Positions 1-10,263 of a stretch of 57,068 nt of DNA are shown in pieces (within the stretch, counting starts at the first letter, position 1; each line of letters begins with the position of its first letter). Made by a program: the position numbers and the translations under genes. This DNA is from Dehalococcoidia bacterium (GTDB taxonomy: Bacteria > Chloroflexota > Dehalococcoidia > SHXV01). The stretch lies in assembly GCA_009693105.1 (NCBI GenBank), contig SHXV01000003.1:1-57068 (forward strand), read 5' to 3'. Under the pieces are notes generated by a model. It was given only the letters and a program-made list of their open reading frames with translations, had not been told where the DNA came from and ran no database searches.

Positions 1-201
1 GGCATCGCCGAGCGCCACATCATCGCGACGATGCCGCCGTGGGTGGAGTATGAACTGACACCACGCGGTCACGAACTGGCGAGGACGCTGGACAAGATCA
101 AGGAGTGGGGGCGCCGCAACCTGGCTTCGGACGAAGTTTTGACGGCGGTGCTCACAGGCTCCTATACTGCCCCTCAAAGCGCGGTCGTCGCTATCGACTA
201 G
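1..201 (+). CDS. HxlR-family winged-helix transcriptional regulator, 5'-truncated by the window edge
   Basis: Frame 1 reads GIAERHIIATMPPWVEYELTPRGHELARTLDKIKEWG...; the PPxVEYxLTxxGxxL...L..W pattern is the HxlR C-terminal signature; TAG at 199-201. Confidence 0.8.
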   Translation, partial: GIAERHIIATMPPWVEYELTPRGHELARTLDKIKEWGRRNLASDEVLTAVLTGSYTAPQSAVVAID

Positions 202-214
202 GGAGGGAAGGCCC

Positions 215-712
215 GTGGCGTACACCATCATCGACGTATGCATCGGCTGTACGGCTTGCATCAAGCGCTGTCCCACAAGCGCCATCAGCGGCGCCCGCAA
301 CGAAGTCCACGTCATCGACCCGGATCTCTGCATCGACTGCGGCGCCTGCGGCGCGGTGTGTCCGCCGGAGGCCATCCTTGATGATGAAGGCGACCTGTGC
401 AAGGCGTTTGTGCGCAAGGAGTGGCCGGTGGCGCTGGTGGTGGAAGAGAACTGCATCGGCAGCGGCTGCGAGATCTGCATCAACGTCTGTCCGTTTGAGG
501 CGCTGAGCCTTGTGCCCGCTGCCCGCAGTGACGACTTCTTCGGTGTCGCCAGCGTCGATCCGCGGAAGTGCACCGGCTGTCGCCTGTGCGAGGACAGCTG
601 CGGCTGGAGCGCCATCTACATCGATCCGCCCCGGGAGATGATGAAGAAGGACCGCCACCCGCAGGAGCTATCGCGCGCGGCGAAGGCGGCGGCGGCAAAG
701 GCCGCGCGCTAA
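215..712 (+). CDS. Polyferredoxin with up to four 4Fe-4S motifs
   Basis: CIGCTACIKRCP, CIDCGACGAVCP, CIGSGCEICINVCP, CTGCRLCEDSCG; GGGAGG RBS before the GTG start. Confidence 0.9.
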   Translation: MAYTIIDVCIGCTACIKRCPTSAISGARNEVHVIDPDLCIDCGACGAVCPPEAILDDEGDLCKAFVRKEWPVALVVEENCIGSGCEICINVCPFEALSLVPAARSDDFFGVASVDPRKCTGCRLCEDSCGWSAIYIDPPREMMKKDRHPQELSRAAKAAAAKAAR

Positions 713-738
713 CTGCGGACAACGAATATGGATAGAGG

Positions 739-763
739 GGCCCCGCCGCTTGGCGGGGCCTTC
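739..763. terminator. GC-rich hairpin between convergent genes
   Basis: GGCCCCGCC-GCTT-GGCGGGGCC followed by TTC. Confidence 0.6.
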
Positions 764-769
764 GTGCGC

Positions 770-1819
770 TTAGTTCCGTCCCCGCGCCCTGCGCAGCGGC
801 CCGGCATCGAAGGCGCTGCCTATGTCATCGATGTTGCTGTTGAGGGCGCCGTACTTCAGGAGCGTGTCATAGAGCGCCCGCCACTGCTCCCGGGTCATCC
901 AGCCGATGCCGCCGTCCGGCGCCGCGCCTATACCGGCCGCCGCCAGCTCCGTGTCCAGCATGTAGCGCTGGTGGGCGCGCTCTTCCTGCGGCGCGTACTT
1001 CATGACGATGTCCACCGCCTCATCCGGGCGCGCCTTCGCGTATTCGATGCCGCGCAGGGCGGCGCGCAGGAAGCGGGCCAGCACGTCCGGGTGGTCGCGC
1101 AAGTACTCCTCTGATGTGGCATAGGTCAGGCCGAGCGTGGGCACACCGTAATCGGACGCCTTGAACACGTTTACTTCCTTGCCCAGCGTCCGCCGGACGA
1201 TGTCCGGTTCATTGGAGAGGAACACGGGGTAGACATCGACGAGCCCTTCGATGAGCAGCTGGGGGGGCTGGAAGCCGATGTTCGTCGTCTTCACGGCGTC
1301 CGCCTTCAGGCCGGCGATCTCCAAGATGGCGGCCAGTTCCGGCGGCGCCGTGTTGCGGTAGCCTATGCGCTTGCCCGCCCAGTCCTGGGGTCGGGCGATG
1401 CCGGACTCCCGCAGGCTGATCCAGCCCTGCTGCCCCTCCTGGCCGATGAGGGCGATGGCGACGACGGGTAGCTTCGCCTCCGCCCGCCGTTGCAGCAGGG
1501 TGGGGGCATCTGCTGTGGTGACCTGGGCCCGCCCCTGCACCGTCAGGGTGAGGGCGGAACCGCTGGTCAGGTGCTGGATATTGACGATGAGCCGCTCCTC
1601 GGCGAAGTAGCCCTTCTCCTGAGCGACGTAGACGCCGACGAAGGGGAGGTTCGCCTGGGGCCGGAAGGCGGCGAGGAAGGTGAGGCTGGTCGGCTCCGGC
1701 GCGGGGGGCATTGCCGTCGCCGGACCCGGGGCGGCGTCATCGCCCCCTCCGCAGGAAGCGGCCAGGAGGGCGTACATCGCCAGGGCGAGGGCGGCGCCGC
1801 GTCTAGGGAAGATACGCAT
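770..1819 (-). CDS. ABC transporter substrate-binding lipoprotein, NMT1/THI5 (SsuA-like) family
   Basis: Lipobox LLAASC; FRPQANLPFVGVYVAQEKGYF; GKRIG; start placed at MRIFPRR. Confidence 0.85.
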   Translation of the reverse strand: MRIFPRRGAALALAMYALLAASCGGGDDAAPGPATAMPPAPEPTSLTFLAAFRPQANLPFVGVYVAQEKGYFAEERLIVNIQHLTSGSALTLTVQGRAQVTTADAPTLLQRRAEAKLPVVAIALIGQEGQQGWISLRESGIARPQDWAGKRIGYRNTAPPELAAILEIAGLKADAVKTTNIGFQPPQLLIEGLVDVYPVFLSNEPDIVRRTLGKEVNVFKASDYGVPTLGLTYATSEEYLRDHPDVLARFLRAALRGIEYAKARPDEAVDIVMKYAPQEERAHQRYMLDTELAAAGIGAAPDGGIGWMTREQWRALYDTLLKYGALNSNIDDIGSAFDAGPLRRARGRN

Positions 1820-2657
1820 CGTGCCACGACAGGATACGGCGCTCCAAGAGAAGGATGGCCGCATTGAGGATCGCTCCGATGAACGTCAGCGTGATGATGC
1901 CGGCAAACACCGTGGCGGTGTCCAGGTTGCTGTTCGCCACAGCGATGACGTGGCCGATGCCGCGGTCGGCGCCCGACCACTCCGCGACCACCGCCCCGAT
2001 GACGCAGAGGAGGGCGGAGACACGCAGCGCGGCGAAGAGGTAGGGAAGGGCGAAGGGGAGCCGCAGCCGCCACAGCACCTCCGCCGTGCTGGCGTGAATC
2101 GAGCGGAACACGGCGTGGGCGTCCGGCGGGACGGCGCGGAGTCCGGTGACGGTGTTCACCAGCATGGGGAAGAAGGCGATAAGGGCGGCAATAAAGACCT
2201 TCGGCATGGTTCCGAATCCAAACCACAGCACAAAGAGCGGCGCCCAGACAACAACCGGGGTCACCTTCAGCATGATGGCGAGCGGATACAGCCCGCGCTC
2301 CAGGAAGCGGGAGTGGGCCATGGCTACGGCGAGTAGGAGCGCCCCCAGCGTGCCGATGAGCAGCCCGACCAGCGCTTCGCCCAGGGTGACGTAGCCCTGC
2401 TCCAGGAAGAACTGCCAGCGCTCCAGCAGGCGCTCCAGCACGAGGCCCGGCGGCGGGACGAGCCAGATGGGGACATCGCGCAGGCGGACCCAGGCGTCCC
2501 AGAGGAGCAACACCAGCCCCCCCAGAGTGACCGGAGGGAGCAGGGAAGCGGCGACACGCCGGACCACGCGGTACGCCGCCACGAGGGAGCGCGCGAGTTC
2601 CCGCGCCTGCCGCCGGGCGACCGGGGCCCGCACCTGCTCCCCACGCGCCGTGCTCAC
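1803..2657 (-). CDS. ABC transporter permease (SsuC/TauC-like)
   Basis: Hydrophobic protein; LRLPFALPYLFAALR and GAVVAEW motifs; overlaps both neighbours. Confidence 0.9.
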   Translation of the reverse strand: MSTARGEQVRAPVARRQARELARSLVAAYRVVRRVAASLLPPVTLGGLVLLLWDAWVRLRDVPIWLVPPPGLVLERLLERWQFFLEQGYVTLGEALVGLLIGTLGALLLAVAMAHSRFLERGLYPLAIMLKVTPVVVWAPLFVLWFGFGTMPKVFIAALIAFFPMLVNTVTGLRAVPPDAHAVFRSIHASTAEVLWRLRLPFALPYLFAALRVSALLCVIGAVVAEWSGADRGIGHVIAVANSNLDTATVFAGIITLTFIGAILNAAILLLERRILSWHDAYLP

Positions 2658-3457
2658 AGCAGCGCCCGCAATCGATCGACGAGGTCGAGGAAGGGCAGGG
2701 AGCGCTCATCTTCATGACGGCGGGGCCGGGGCAGATCGATCGGCACGTCTGCGCGGAGCTGGCCCGGCGTTCCCGCGAGGACGATGACGCGATCGGACAG
2801 GGCGACGGCCTCCCGCACGCTGTGAGTGACGAAGAGGACGGTGGCCTGTCGCCGCTCCCAGATGCGCAGCAGCTCATAGCGCATCGCCTCCCGCGTGATC
2901 TCGTCCAGCGCGGCGAAAGGCTCGTCCATAAGGAGCAGCGCCGGCTCCAGGGCGAAGGCGCGGGCAAGGGCGGCGCGCTGGCGCATGCCGCCGGAGAGCT
3001 GGTGCGGGCGCATCTCCGCCGCATCGGACAGCCCCACACTGGTGAGCAGGGCGTCGGTGTCGATGGTCCGCGGGCCGTGCCGCCGGTTCACCCGGGCCAT
3101 CAGCTCGATGTTGCCGCGAACGTTCAGCCACGGCAGGAGCGCCGGGTCCTGGAACACGGAGCCGATCCGCTTGTGCAGCCGCGCCTCATCGGGAGCGGCG
3201 CCGTCAATGCTGACCGCGCCCAACGTGGGGGGCAGCAGCCCCCCGGCGATGCGCAGCAGGGTCGACTTGCCGCAGCCCGTCGGCCCGATGATGGAGACGA
3301 ACTCGCCGGACCGCAGCGCCAGGTCGATGCCGGCGAGCGCGGACACGGAGCGCGGCGCGGGGCCGTAGGCGTGGGAGACGCCACGAATCGCCAGCAGCGC
3401 GCCCGTACGGGCGAGGGCGGGATCAGGTGGGGGAAGGAGTGCGGTCATCGTGGGCAA
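2654..3457 (-). CDS. ABC transporter ATP-binding protein (SsuB/TauB-like)
   Basis: GPTGCGKST, LSGGMRQR, LLMDEPFAALD, FVTH. Confidence 0.95.
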   Translation of the reverse strand: MPTMTALLPPPDPALARTGALLAIRGVSHAYGPAPRSVSALAGIDLALRSGEFVSIIGPTGCGKSTLLRIAGGLLPPTLGAVSIDGAAPDEARLHKRIGSVFQDPALLPWLNVRGNIELMARVNRRHGPRTIDTDALLTSVGLSDAAEMRPHQLSGGMRQRAALARAFALEPALLLMDEPFAALDEITREAMRYELLRIWERRQATVLFVTHSVREAVALSDRVIVLAGTPGQLRADVPIDLPRPRRHEDERSLPFLDLVDRLRALL

Positions 3458-3488
3458 TTGTACGCGCCGCGCTCAGACGGCGGCAAAC

Positions 3489-4319
3489 TCAGGTGCGTCT
3501 GCCGGTGGTTGCCCGGGGGCGCGGCTGTGAGCGTGGCTCCGGGGCAGGCTCCGGCTCGATGCTGATCTCGCTGAGCGACCGCAACTCGCCCGGGGTAAGC
3601 GGTCGCCATTCACCTGGGGGGAGGTCGCCCAGCCGGACGGGGCCGATGCGAACGCGCCGCAGCCGCAGCACCGGGTGGCCGATGGCCATGCACATGCGCC
3701 GGATCTGGCGGTTCCGTCCCTCCCGCAGGCCGATGCGAAGCCAGCTGCCGCCGCCCTCCCGCACCACCTGGCGCTTGTCCACCGGGCGGACGAAGGCGTC
3801 CGCGGTCCTGCGGTCGTTGAGGACGACGCCGCCGTAGCGGAGCCGATCGAGCGCGGCCTCATCTGGCACGCCCTCCACCATCACCAGGTATTCGCGCTGG
3901 GCGCCGTGGCCCGGATGGGTGAGCCGCTGGGCCAGGTCGCCGTCGTTGGTCATCAGCAGCAGCCCCTCGCTGTCCAGATCGAGCCGCCCCACGGGGAAGA
4001 GACGGGGCAGCGAATCGGGCAGCAGATCAAGCACAGTGGGGCGGCCACGCTCATCGCTCATGGTGGTCACGTAGCCCACGGGCTTGTTCAGGGCGATGGT
4101 GGTGCGCTTCTTCGGCAGCGCTACGGGCTTGCCGTCCACGCGGATGTCGTCGCGCTCCGGATCGGCGCGGGAGCCCAACTCACGCACGGGCTCGCCGTTC
4201 ACGGATATGCGCCCGGCCACGATCATCACCTCCGCGTCGCGACGGGAGGCGATGCCGGCGGAGGAAAGGATCTTCTGCAACCGTTCTACGGGCATGGGGC
4301 ACCTCGTTACCGCTTTCAT
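3489..4319 (-). CDS. rluB: RsuA/RluB-family rRNA pseudouridine synthase
   Basis: S4 domain ERLQKILSSAGIASRR; catalytic GRLD; EGRNRQIRRM; true start may be 4295 (MPVERLQ). Confidence 0.9.
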   Translation of the reverse strand: MKAVTRCPMPVERLQKILSSAGIASRRDAEVMIVAGRISVNGEPVRELGSRADPERDDIRVDGKPVALPKKRTTIALNKPVGYVTTMSDERGRPTVLDLLPDSLPRLFPVGRLDLDSEGLLLMTNDGDLAQRLTHPGHGAQREYLVMVEGVPDEAALDRLRYGGVVLNDRRTADAFVRPVDKRQVVREGGGSWLRIGLREGRNRQIRRMCMAIGHPVLRLRRVRIGPVRLGDLPPGEWRPLTPGELRSLSEISIEPEPAPEPRSQPRPRATTGRRT

Positions 4320-4343
4320 CGTAACAGTCGCGTCCCCGGAACG

Positions 4344-5628
4344 CTAAAGGCGGGGGCGACGGAGTGCGAAGAGCGCCAGCAGCGGCGTCGCGAGCACCGC
4401 GACCAGGGAGAGCAGCAGCGCTACCGTGCGGGTGCATTCCGAGGAGGCGGCCACAAGCGCGAATCCTTCGCCGAGGGTGGGACGGCTGTTCTCCACGAAG
4501 TCGTCCGGGCGGTCGCGGTTGAGACCGGCGGTGCGACGCTCTAGGCTATGGCCGGCGGGAACGGCCCCGCGCTGGAAGATGCCATCGGCCACGCCCCAGG
4601 CGACGACATCGACGGCGTTGCCACCGGCGTCCATGATCTGCGCTACGCCGTTCTGCCGCGCGGGGGTCAACGACGCCGTGGGGGGGCCAGCGGTTGCCGC
4701 AACATGGGGTAGGTGTGGACAAAGGCTTCGCTGGGGGCGAGCACGACGAATCCGTGGGCGGGGATGACCACCGGCGGCAGGGGATAGCGCGTGATCCCGG
4801 CCCTGAGCACCCAGCCATCGAGCAGGACCGAGGTGGCGCCCGCGTTGTACAGCTCCACCCAGTCCGCTCCCCTCGCGCCATTGCCGGCGAACGCTGCCGA
4901 CAAGGAAACGGGCGCGCGCAAGTCCGGGAGTCGGCTCCGGCGTCGCGACCGCTCCTAGGCGCGGGGTAACGACCACCGGGGCTGGAGCGGCGCGCTGAAC
5001 GGGAGCGAGGCAACGACCGCAGGAAACGTGCGCTGAACTGGTGGAGCGTTCTTTTCGGGGCCGTCGACGCCTCCCGGGTCGGCGGAAGGAGGCGGATCGG
5101 CCACGGCGCGGATGGTCAAGCCCGCGAACACCGCCTCAGCATTGGAAGGACCCTGCGCGAGCAAGTAGACGCGCAGGCTACGCGCATTTCCCGGCACCGC
5201 AAGGGGCCGGTGGCGAGCGTTAGGGGGTAGCGCCGAAGGGCGCCCGCGCCCTTTCCGCCCCGTCAATGGAGTCGAACGGGGCGCCGCTGCCGTCGTCGGT
5301 AGCGGCCAGGTGACGAGGAGCGCCGCCGTCGCAGCGCCGCCGCTCTGTACGCCCACGTCGTACCCGGCGGCCTGCACCGGGATCGATTGAACCAGCCAGT
5401 TCATCCCCAGGGCGCCGACATGAAGGGCGCCGCCGGGGCGGGCATCCATGCGCACACCACCGGTAAAGGCGACCCAGCCGGCGGCATGCCGTCGACCGTC
5501 TCCGTAAACGCGGCGTTATGGAGCAGCGGAGCCTGGGAGGCAGGCGTCTCCGCGCGGCTCACTAACGCCCGCGCGATCAACGCGGCGGAGAGTGCGGCGA
5601 GGAAAAGGGCGGAGCGCAAACGGACCAT
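4344..5628 (-). pseudogene. Frameshifted exported lamin-tail-domain (LTD) protein with C-terminal membrane anchor
   Basis: Signal-like N-terminus (5401-5628); LTD motif DWVELYNAG...LDGWVL (4667-4921 frame); DAGGNAVDVVAWG...GHSLER plus TM-RRPR tail (4344-4976 frame); at least 3 frame changes. Confidence 0.65.
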
Positions 5629-5695
5629 TGCCGGGGCAGCATACGCCCGTGACGGCGGCCCTCAAGCCGCTTCAGGTGTTGTCCGGGTAGCGCCG

Positions 5696-6967
5696 TCACA
5701 CTCGCGAAGTCAGTCGCAGGAAGGCGTACCCCAGCGCCCCGGCAATGACCGATGCGGCAAGCACCCCGATCCTAGCAGCGGAGGTGAGCGAGTCATCCTC
5801 ATACGCCAGGCCGGTGATGAAGAGGGACACGGAAAAGCCCATGCCAGCGATGATCGATACTCCCCAGATGTGCGTCCATTCGGTGTTGCGGGGGAGGGAT
5901 CCCAGCCGGAGCCGGACCATGAGCCACGTGGCCGCGCTCACGCCGACCACCTTGCCGGCGAGCAGCCCGATCACGATGCCGAGCGTGACGGGGCTCCTCA
6001 GCGCGTCATCGATCGCCTGTCGAGAGAGCACGATGCCCGCGTTAGCGAGAGCGAAGAGGGGGAGCACGACATAACTTGACCATGGATGGACCAGCCGCTC
6101 CAGGTGCTCCATGGGGGACTCCGTGGCTTCGCCGAGCGTGGCCAGGTCCGCCAGCACTGCATGGGAATCGTCATGGTCATCCTTCTCCATCACCGACTGG
6201 AAGCGGCGAAGCAGACCGGGCGCGGCGTTCAACAGGCCGCGGCTGCTGGAGTAACGCTGAGACGGCGTGAGCGCGCCGAGGACCACCCCGGCGACGGTGG
6301 CATGAACCCCCATCTTGAACACAGCGACCCAGAGGAGCACGCCCACGACCACGTAGGCGTTGTAGCTCCGCACGCCGGCCCGGTTCATCGCGACGATGGC
6401 GACGATGATGGCAAGGACGAACCCGGCCGAGCTCAGCGCCAGGTCCTCCGTGTAGAAGAACGCGATGATGGCGATTGCCCCAAGGTCGTCCACCACGGCG
6501 ATCGTGAGCAGGAACACGCGCAGCTCGACGGGCACGCGCCGCCCGAGCAACGCGAGCACGCCGAGGGCGAAGGCGATGTCCGTCGCCATCGGGATGCCCC
6601 ATCCCCCTTCGCCCTCACCGCCGCCGTTGAAGAGCAGGAAGAACAGGGCTGGCGCCACCATGCCGCCGGCGGCGGCGGCGATGGGCAGGGCGCACCGGCG
6701 GCGATCGGCGAGCTCGCCGTAGAGGAACTCCCTTTTGATTTCGAGCGCAACGACGAAGAAAAAGATGGCCATCAGCCCGTCGTTGACCCAGTGCCCCAGG
6801 TCCTCCGAGATCGTTAGCGGGCCTGCCTCCAAAGAGACATGGGCTTGCCACAGGTCGAAGTAGGACGAAGACCACGGCGAGTTGGCCCAGAGTATCGCAA
6901 TGATTGCGGCGGTGAGCAGCAGGAGGCCGCCAAAGGACTCCGTGCGGATAAAGGTCTGAACGGGCAC
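5696..6967 (-). CDS. nhaA: Na+/H+ antiporter NhaA
   Basis: WVNDGLMAIFFF, ELKRE-like EIKRE, GWGIPMATDIAF, AVVDDLGAI, GMGFSVSLFI. Confidence 0.95.
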   Translation of the reverse strand: MPVQTFIRTESFGGLLLLTAAIIAILWANSPWSSSYFDLWQAHVSLEAGPLTISEDLGHWVNDGLMAIFFFVVALEIKREFLYGELADRRRCALPIAAAAGGMVAPALFFLLFNGGGEGEGGWGIPMATDIAFALGVLALLGRRVPVELRVFLLTIAVVDDLGAIAIIAFFYTEDLALSSAGFVLAIIVAIVAMNRAGVRSYNAYVVVGVLLWVAVFKMGVHATVAGVVLGALTPSQRYSSSRGLLNAAPGLLRRFQSVMEKDDHDDSHAVLADLATLGEATESPMEHLERLVHPWSSYVVLPLFALANAGIVLSRQAIDDALRSPVTLGIVIGLLAGKVVGVSAATWLMVRLRLGSLPRNTEWTHIWGVSIIAGMGFSVSLFITGLAYEDDSLTSAARIGVLAASVIAGALGYAFLRLTSRV

Positions 6968-7206
6968 GATCAGTCGTGTCCGGACAGAGGAACGCCCCGC
7001 GCGCAGGATGACGAGCCGGACGAACTTCAGAATCGCCTCGCTTCTGTCACGGAGCAGGGGTGCGCCGCGCGCCCGGAATGCTCCAGTCTCCGGCCATCCT
7101 AACAGACGGCGCCTCCCGTGGTGGTCTCCATCGGGCGGGTTGGATTCGTGCTATCCTTGCTGGAGGACAGACCGTACACGTATTTCCACGAAAGAAGGCA
7201 AGGATA

Positions 7207-9858
7207 ATGGCTCGTCGCGATCCCTTCGGCGCGCTTGCGGAACTGCGCGTAGCCGGTACGACGCTCTCCTACTATCGGCTGAGCCGGCTTTCTGAGCTTG
7301 GCATCGCCGATATCGACCGTCTTCCCTTCACGATCAAGATTCTACTGGAGAACCTGCTTCGCCGCTGCGATGACGAACTCCTTCCGATGGCCGAGGTGGA
7401 GGCGCTGGCGCGCTGGGCGGCGAAGTCGGCGAGCCGCGATGAGCTGGGGTTCCTCCCCGCCCGCGTCCTGCTGCAGGACTTTACCGGCATCCCCGTGGTG
7501 GCCGACCTCGCCGCGCTGCAGGCCGAGGTGGCCCGCCAGGGGGGCGACCCCCGGCAGGTGAACCCGGCGGTGGCGGTCGACCTCGTTATCGACCACTCCG
7601 TGCAGGTGGACGCTTACGGCACCACCGATGCGTACGCCTATAACGTGGGCAAGGAGTACGAGCGCAATGGGGAGCGTTACGCCTTCCTCCGCTGGGCGCA
7701 GCAGGCATTCAGCAACTTTCGCGTGGTGCCGCCCGGCGCCGGCATCGTCCACCAGGTCAACCTGGAGTTCCTGGCCTCCGTGGTGCGGACCGAGGACGGC
7801 GTCGCGCTCCCGGACACACTGGTGGGGACCGATTCCCACACGACGATGATCAACGGGCTGGGCGTGCTGGGCTGGGGCGTCGGCGGCATCGAGGCAGAGG
7901 CGGCGATGCTGAGCCAGCCGCTGCCCATGCTGGCGCCGGATGTGGTGGGCGTGCGGGTCAGCGGCAAGCTGCGGGAAGGGATGACCGCGACCGACCTGGT
8001 CCTCACCGCCACCCAGATGCTGCGCGCGCACGGGGTGGTGGGCAAGTTCGTGGAGTTTTTTGGGCCGGGGCTGAGCCAGCTTTCCCTGCCGGACCGCGCG
8101 ACCCTCGCCAACATGGCGCCGGAATACGGCGCGACGGTGGGGTTCTTCCCCGTCGACGCGGAAACGCTGCGCTACCTCAGCGGGACGGGGCGCGACACGG
8201 AGCTGGTGGAGCAGTACACGCGGGCGCAGGGGATGTTCCGGGAGGACAGCGCACCGGAGCCTGTGTTCACCGACGTGCTGGACCTGAACCTGAACAGCAT
8301 CGAGCCGTCGCTGGCCGGACCGAAGCGGCCGCAGGACCGGGTGACGCTGAGCAACGTGCCGCAGAGCCTGCGCGATGGCTATCCGGAGCAGTTGAAAGGC
8401 GCAGGCCCCTCACAGCGCGATCGCGTCGGGCACGGCTCCGTCGTCATCGCCGCGATCACGAGCTGTACCAACACCTCGAACCCGGCCGTGATGCTGGGCG
8501 CCGGCCTGCTGGCGAAGAAGGCGGTGGAACGGGGGCTCTCAGTGCCGGCATACGTCAAGACGAGCCTGGCGCCGGGCTCTCGCGTGGTGGTGGAGTATCT
8601 CCAGCGGGCAGGGGTGATGACGTCCCTGGAAGCGCTGCGATTCAACCTGGCGGGGTTCGGCTGCACCACCTGCATCGGCAACAGCGGTCCGTTGCCCGAC
8701 GATGTGGCGAAGGCAATCGACGACGAGGGGCTGGTGGTTTCCGCCGTCCTAAGCGGGAACCGCAACTTCGAGGGCCGTATTCATGCCCAGGTGCGGGCGG
8801 CGTACCTGGCATCGCCGCCGCTCGTCGTCGCCTATGCGCTAGCGGGACGGGTGGACATCGACCTGACGAAGGAGCCTCTGGGGATGGACCGGGCGGGCCA
8901 GCCGGTGATGCTGGCGGAGATCTGGCCCACCAGCGCCGAGGTGGCGCGCGCCGTCGAATCATCGGTGGGGGCGGACATCTTCCGCACCACCTACGCCCAT
9001 GTCTTTGAGGGCGATGAGCGCTGGCGCTCCCTGCCGGCGCCCACGGGCGGGCTGTACGAGTGGGACGCGAACTCGACCTACCTGCGCCAGCCACCCTTCG
9101 TGCAGAACCTGCCCGACGCGGCGCCTGGCATCGTCCCGATCCGGGGGGCGCGGCTGCTGGCCATGCTGGGCGATTCGATCACGACGGACCACATCTCGCC
9201 CGCCGGCAACATCGCGAAGAACAGCCCGGCGGCGACGTACCTGACGGAGCATGGCGTGGCGCCGGCCGATTTCAACAGCTACGGCTCCCGTCGCGGCAAC
9301 CACGAGGTGATGATGCGCGGAACCTTCGCCAACGTGCGGCTACGCAATGAGCTGGTGCCCGGCACGGAGGGCGGTGTCACCCGGCACCTACCCGACGGAG
9401 AGACCCTGCCGATCCATACCGCTGCCATGCGCTATGAGCGGGAAGGTGTTCCCCTCATCGTTATCGCCGGGAAGGAGTACGGCTCCGGCAGTTCCCGCGA
9501 TTGGGCGGCGAAGGGCGTCGCTCTGCTCGGTGTGCGGGCGGTTATCGCCGAGAGCTATGAGCGCATCCACCGCAGCAACCTGATCGGCATGGGGGTGCTG
9601 CCGCTGGAGTTCCTGCCGGGACAGGGGCGCGCATCGGTGGGCATCGTGGGCGACGAGGCGTACGAGATCGAGGGTCTGGGCGACGAAATCACGCCCCGGC
9701 AGCAGATCACGGTGCGGGCGCGGAACGGGAACGGCGGGGAGAGGGCGTTCCCGGCCGTGGTGCGGATCGACAACCTCGTCGAGGTCCAGCAGTACCGGAG
9801 CGGGGGCATCCTCCCGATGATCGTCCGCCGGATGCTGGGGCGTGGGACCTCGCCCTAG
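7207..9858 (+). CDS. acnA: Aconitate hydratase A
   Basis: RVLLQDFTG, DHSVQVD, GTDSHT, AITSCTNTSN, GCTTCIGNSG, GSGSSRDWAAKG; AAGGA RBS before the ATG at 7207. Confidence 0.97.
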   Translation: MARRDPFGALAELRVAGTTLSYYRLSRLSELGIADIDRLPFTIKILLENLLRRCDDELLPMAEVEALARWAAKSASRDELGFLPARVLLQDFTGIPVVADLAALQAEVARQGGDPRQVNPAVAVDLVIDHSVQVDAYGTTDAYAYNVGKEYERNGERYAFLRWAQQAFSNFRVVPPGAGIVHQVNLEFLASVVRTEDGVALPDTLVGTDSHTTMINGLGVLGWGVGGIEAEAAMLSQPLPMLAPDVVGVRVSGKLREGMTATDLVLTATQMLRAHGVVGKFVEFFGPGLSQLSLPDRATLANMAPEYGATVGFFPVDAETLRYLSGTGRDTELVEQYTRAQGMFREDSAPEPVFTDVLDLNLNSIEPSLAGPKRPQDRVTLSNVPQSLRDGYPEQLKGAGPSQRDRVGHGSVVIAAITSCTNTSNPAVMLGAGLLAKKAVERGLSVPAYVKTSLAPGSRVVVEYLQRAGVMTSLEALRFNLAGFGCTTCIGNSGPLPDDVAKAIDDEGLVVSAVLSGNRNFEGRIHAQVRAAYLASPPLVVAYALAGRVDIDLTKEPLGMDRAGQPVMLAEIWPTSAEVARAVESSVGADIFRTTYAHVFEGDERWRSLPAPTGGLYEWDANSTYLRQPPFVQNLPDAAPGIVPIRGARLLAMLGDSITTDHISPAGNIAKNSPAATYLTEHGVAPADFNSYGSRRGNHEVMMRGTFANVRLRNELVPGTEGGVTRHLPDGETLPIHTAAMRYEREGVPLIVIAGKEYGSGSSRDWAAKGVALLGVRAVIAESYERIHRSNLIGMGVLPLEFLPGQGRASVGIVGDEAYEIEGLGDEITPRQQITVRARNGNGGERAFPAVVRIDNLVEVQQYRSGGILPMIVRRMLGRGTSP

Positions 9859-9894
9859 TACACGAAATCTTACCGCACGGCACGTGCATCTCCT

Positions 9895-10257
9895 ATGTCT
9901 GCGGCAGCGTTTCATGCCGACAATTCAGGCATGGAAAGCGGCGGCGCCCAGGCACTCACGCAGCGCTTCCCCGTTGACGTGATCAAGATCGACAAGTCAT
10001 TCGTGGACGCGCTCCGCTCCGATGAGTCGGGGTCCGCGGTCTCCCCGGCTATCACCAGCGCCATTATCAGCATGAGTGAGTCGGCAAAACTCCTGACGAT
10101 CGTGGAGGGCGTGGAGCAGGTGGAGCAGGTGGAGCGGTTGAAGGACCTGGGCTGCGAACAGGCGCAAGGATACTACTTTGGACGGCCGATGGATGCGGCT
10201 GCGATGGAAGCCTACCTTGCGGCGGGGCCGGGCGAGGTGTCAGAGATGGCGGCCTGA
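9895..10257 (+). pseudogene. C-terminal remnant of an EAL (c-di-GMP phosphodiesterase) domain
   Basis: FPVDVIKIDKSFV, VEGVE, LGCEQAQGYYFGRPM are present; the EAL motif and DDFGTG loop are absent. Confidence 0.75.
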
Positions 10258-10263
10258 GTCAGG

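Noticed and set aside
3458-3488. TPP/FMN riboswitch for the NMT1/THI5 transporter
   Set aside because: Only about 30 nt separate the operon from rluB, so there is no room; the substrate is left unassigned.
6968-7206. nhaA-type or fluoride riboswitch upstream of nhaA
   Set aside because: I could not match the consensus features by eye; a CGATGGAG resemblance alone is insufficient.
10111-10137. GTGGAGCAG tandem repeat
   Set aside because: Only three 9-bp units, encoding VEQ within the EAL remnant; not a CRISPR array or meaningful VNTR.
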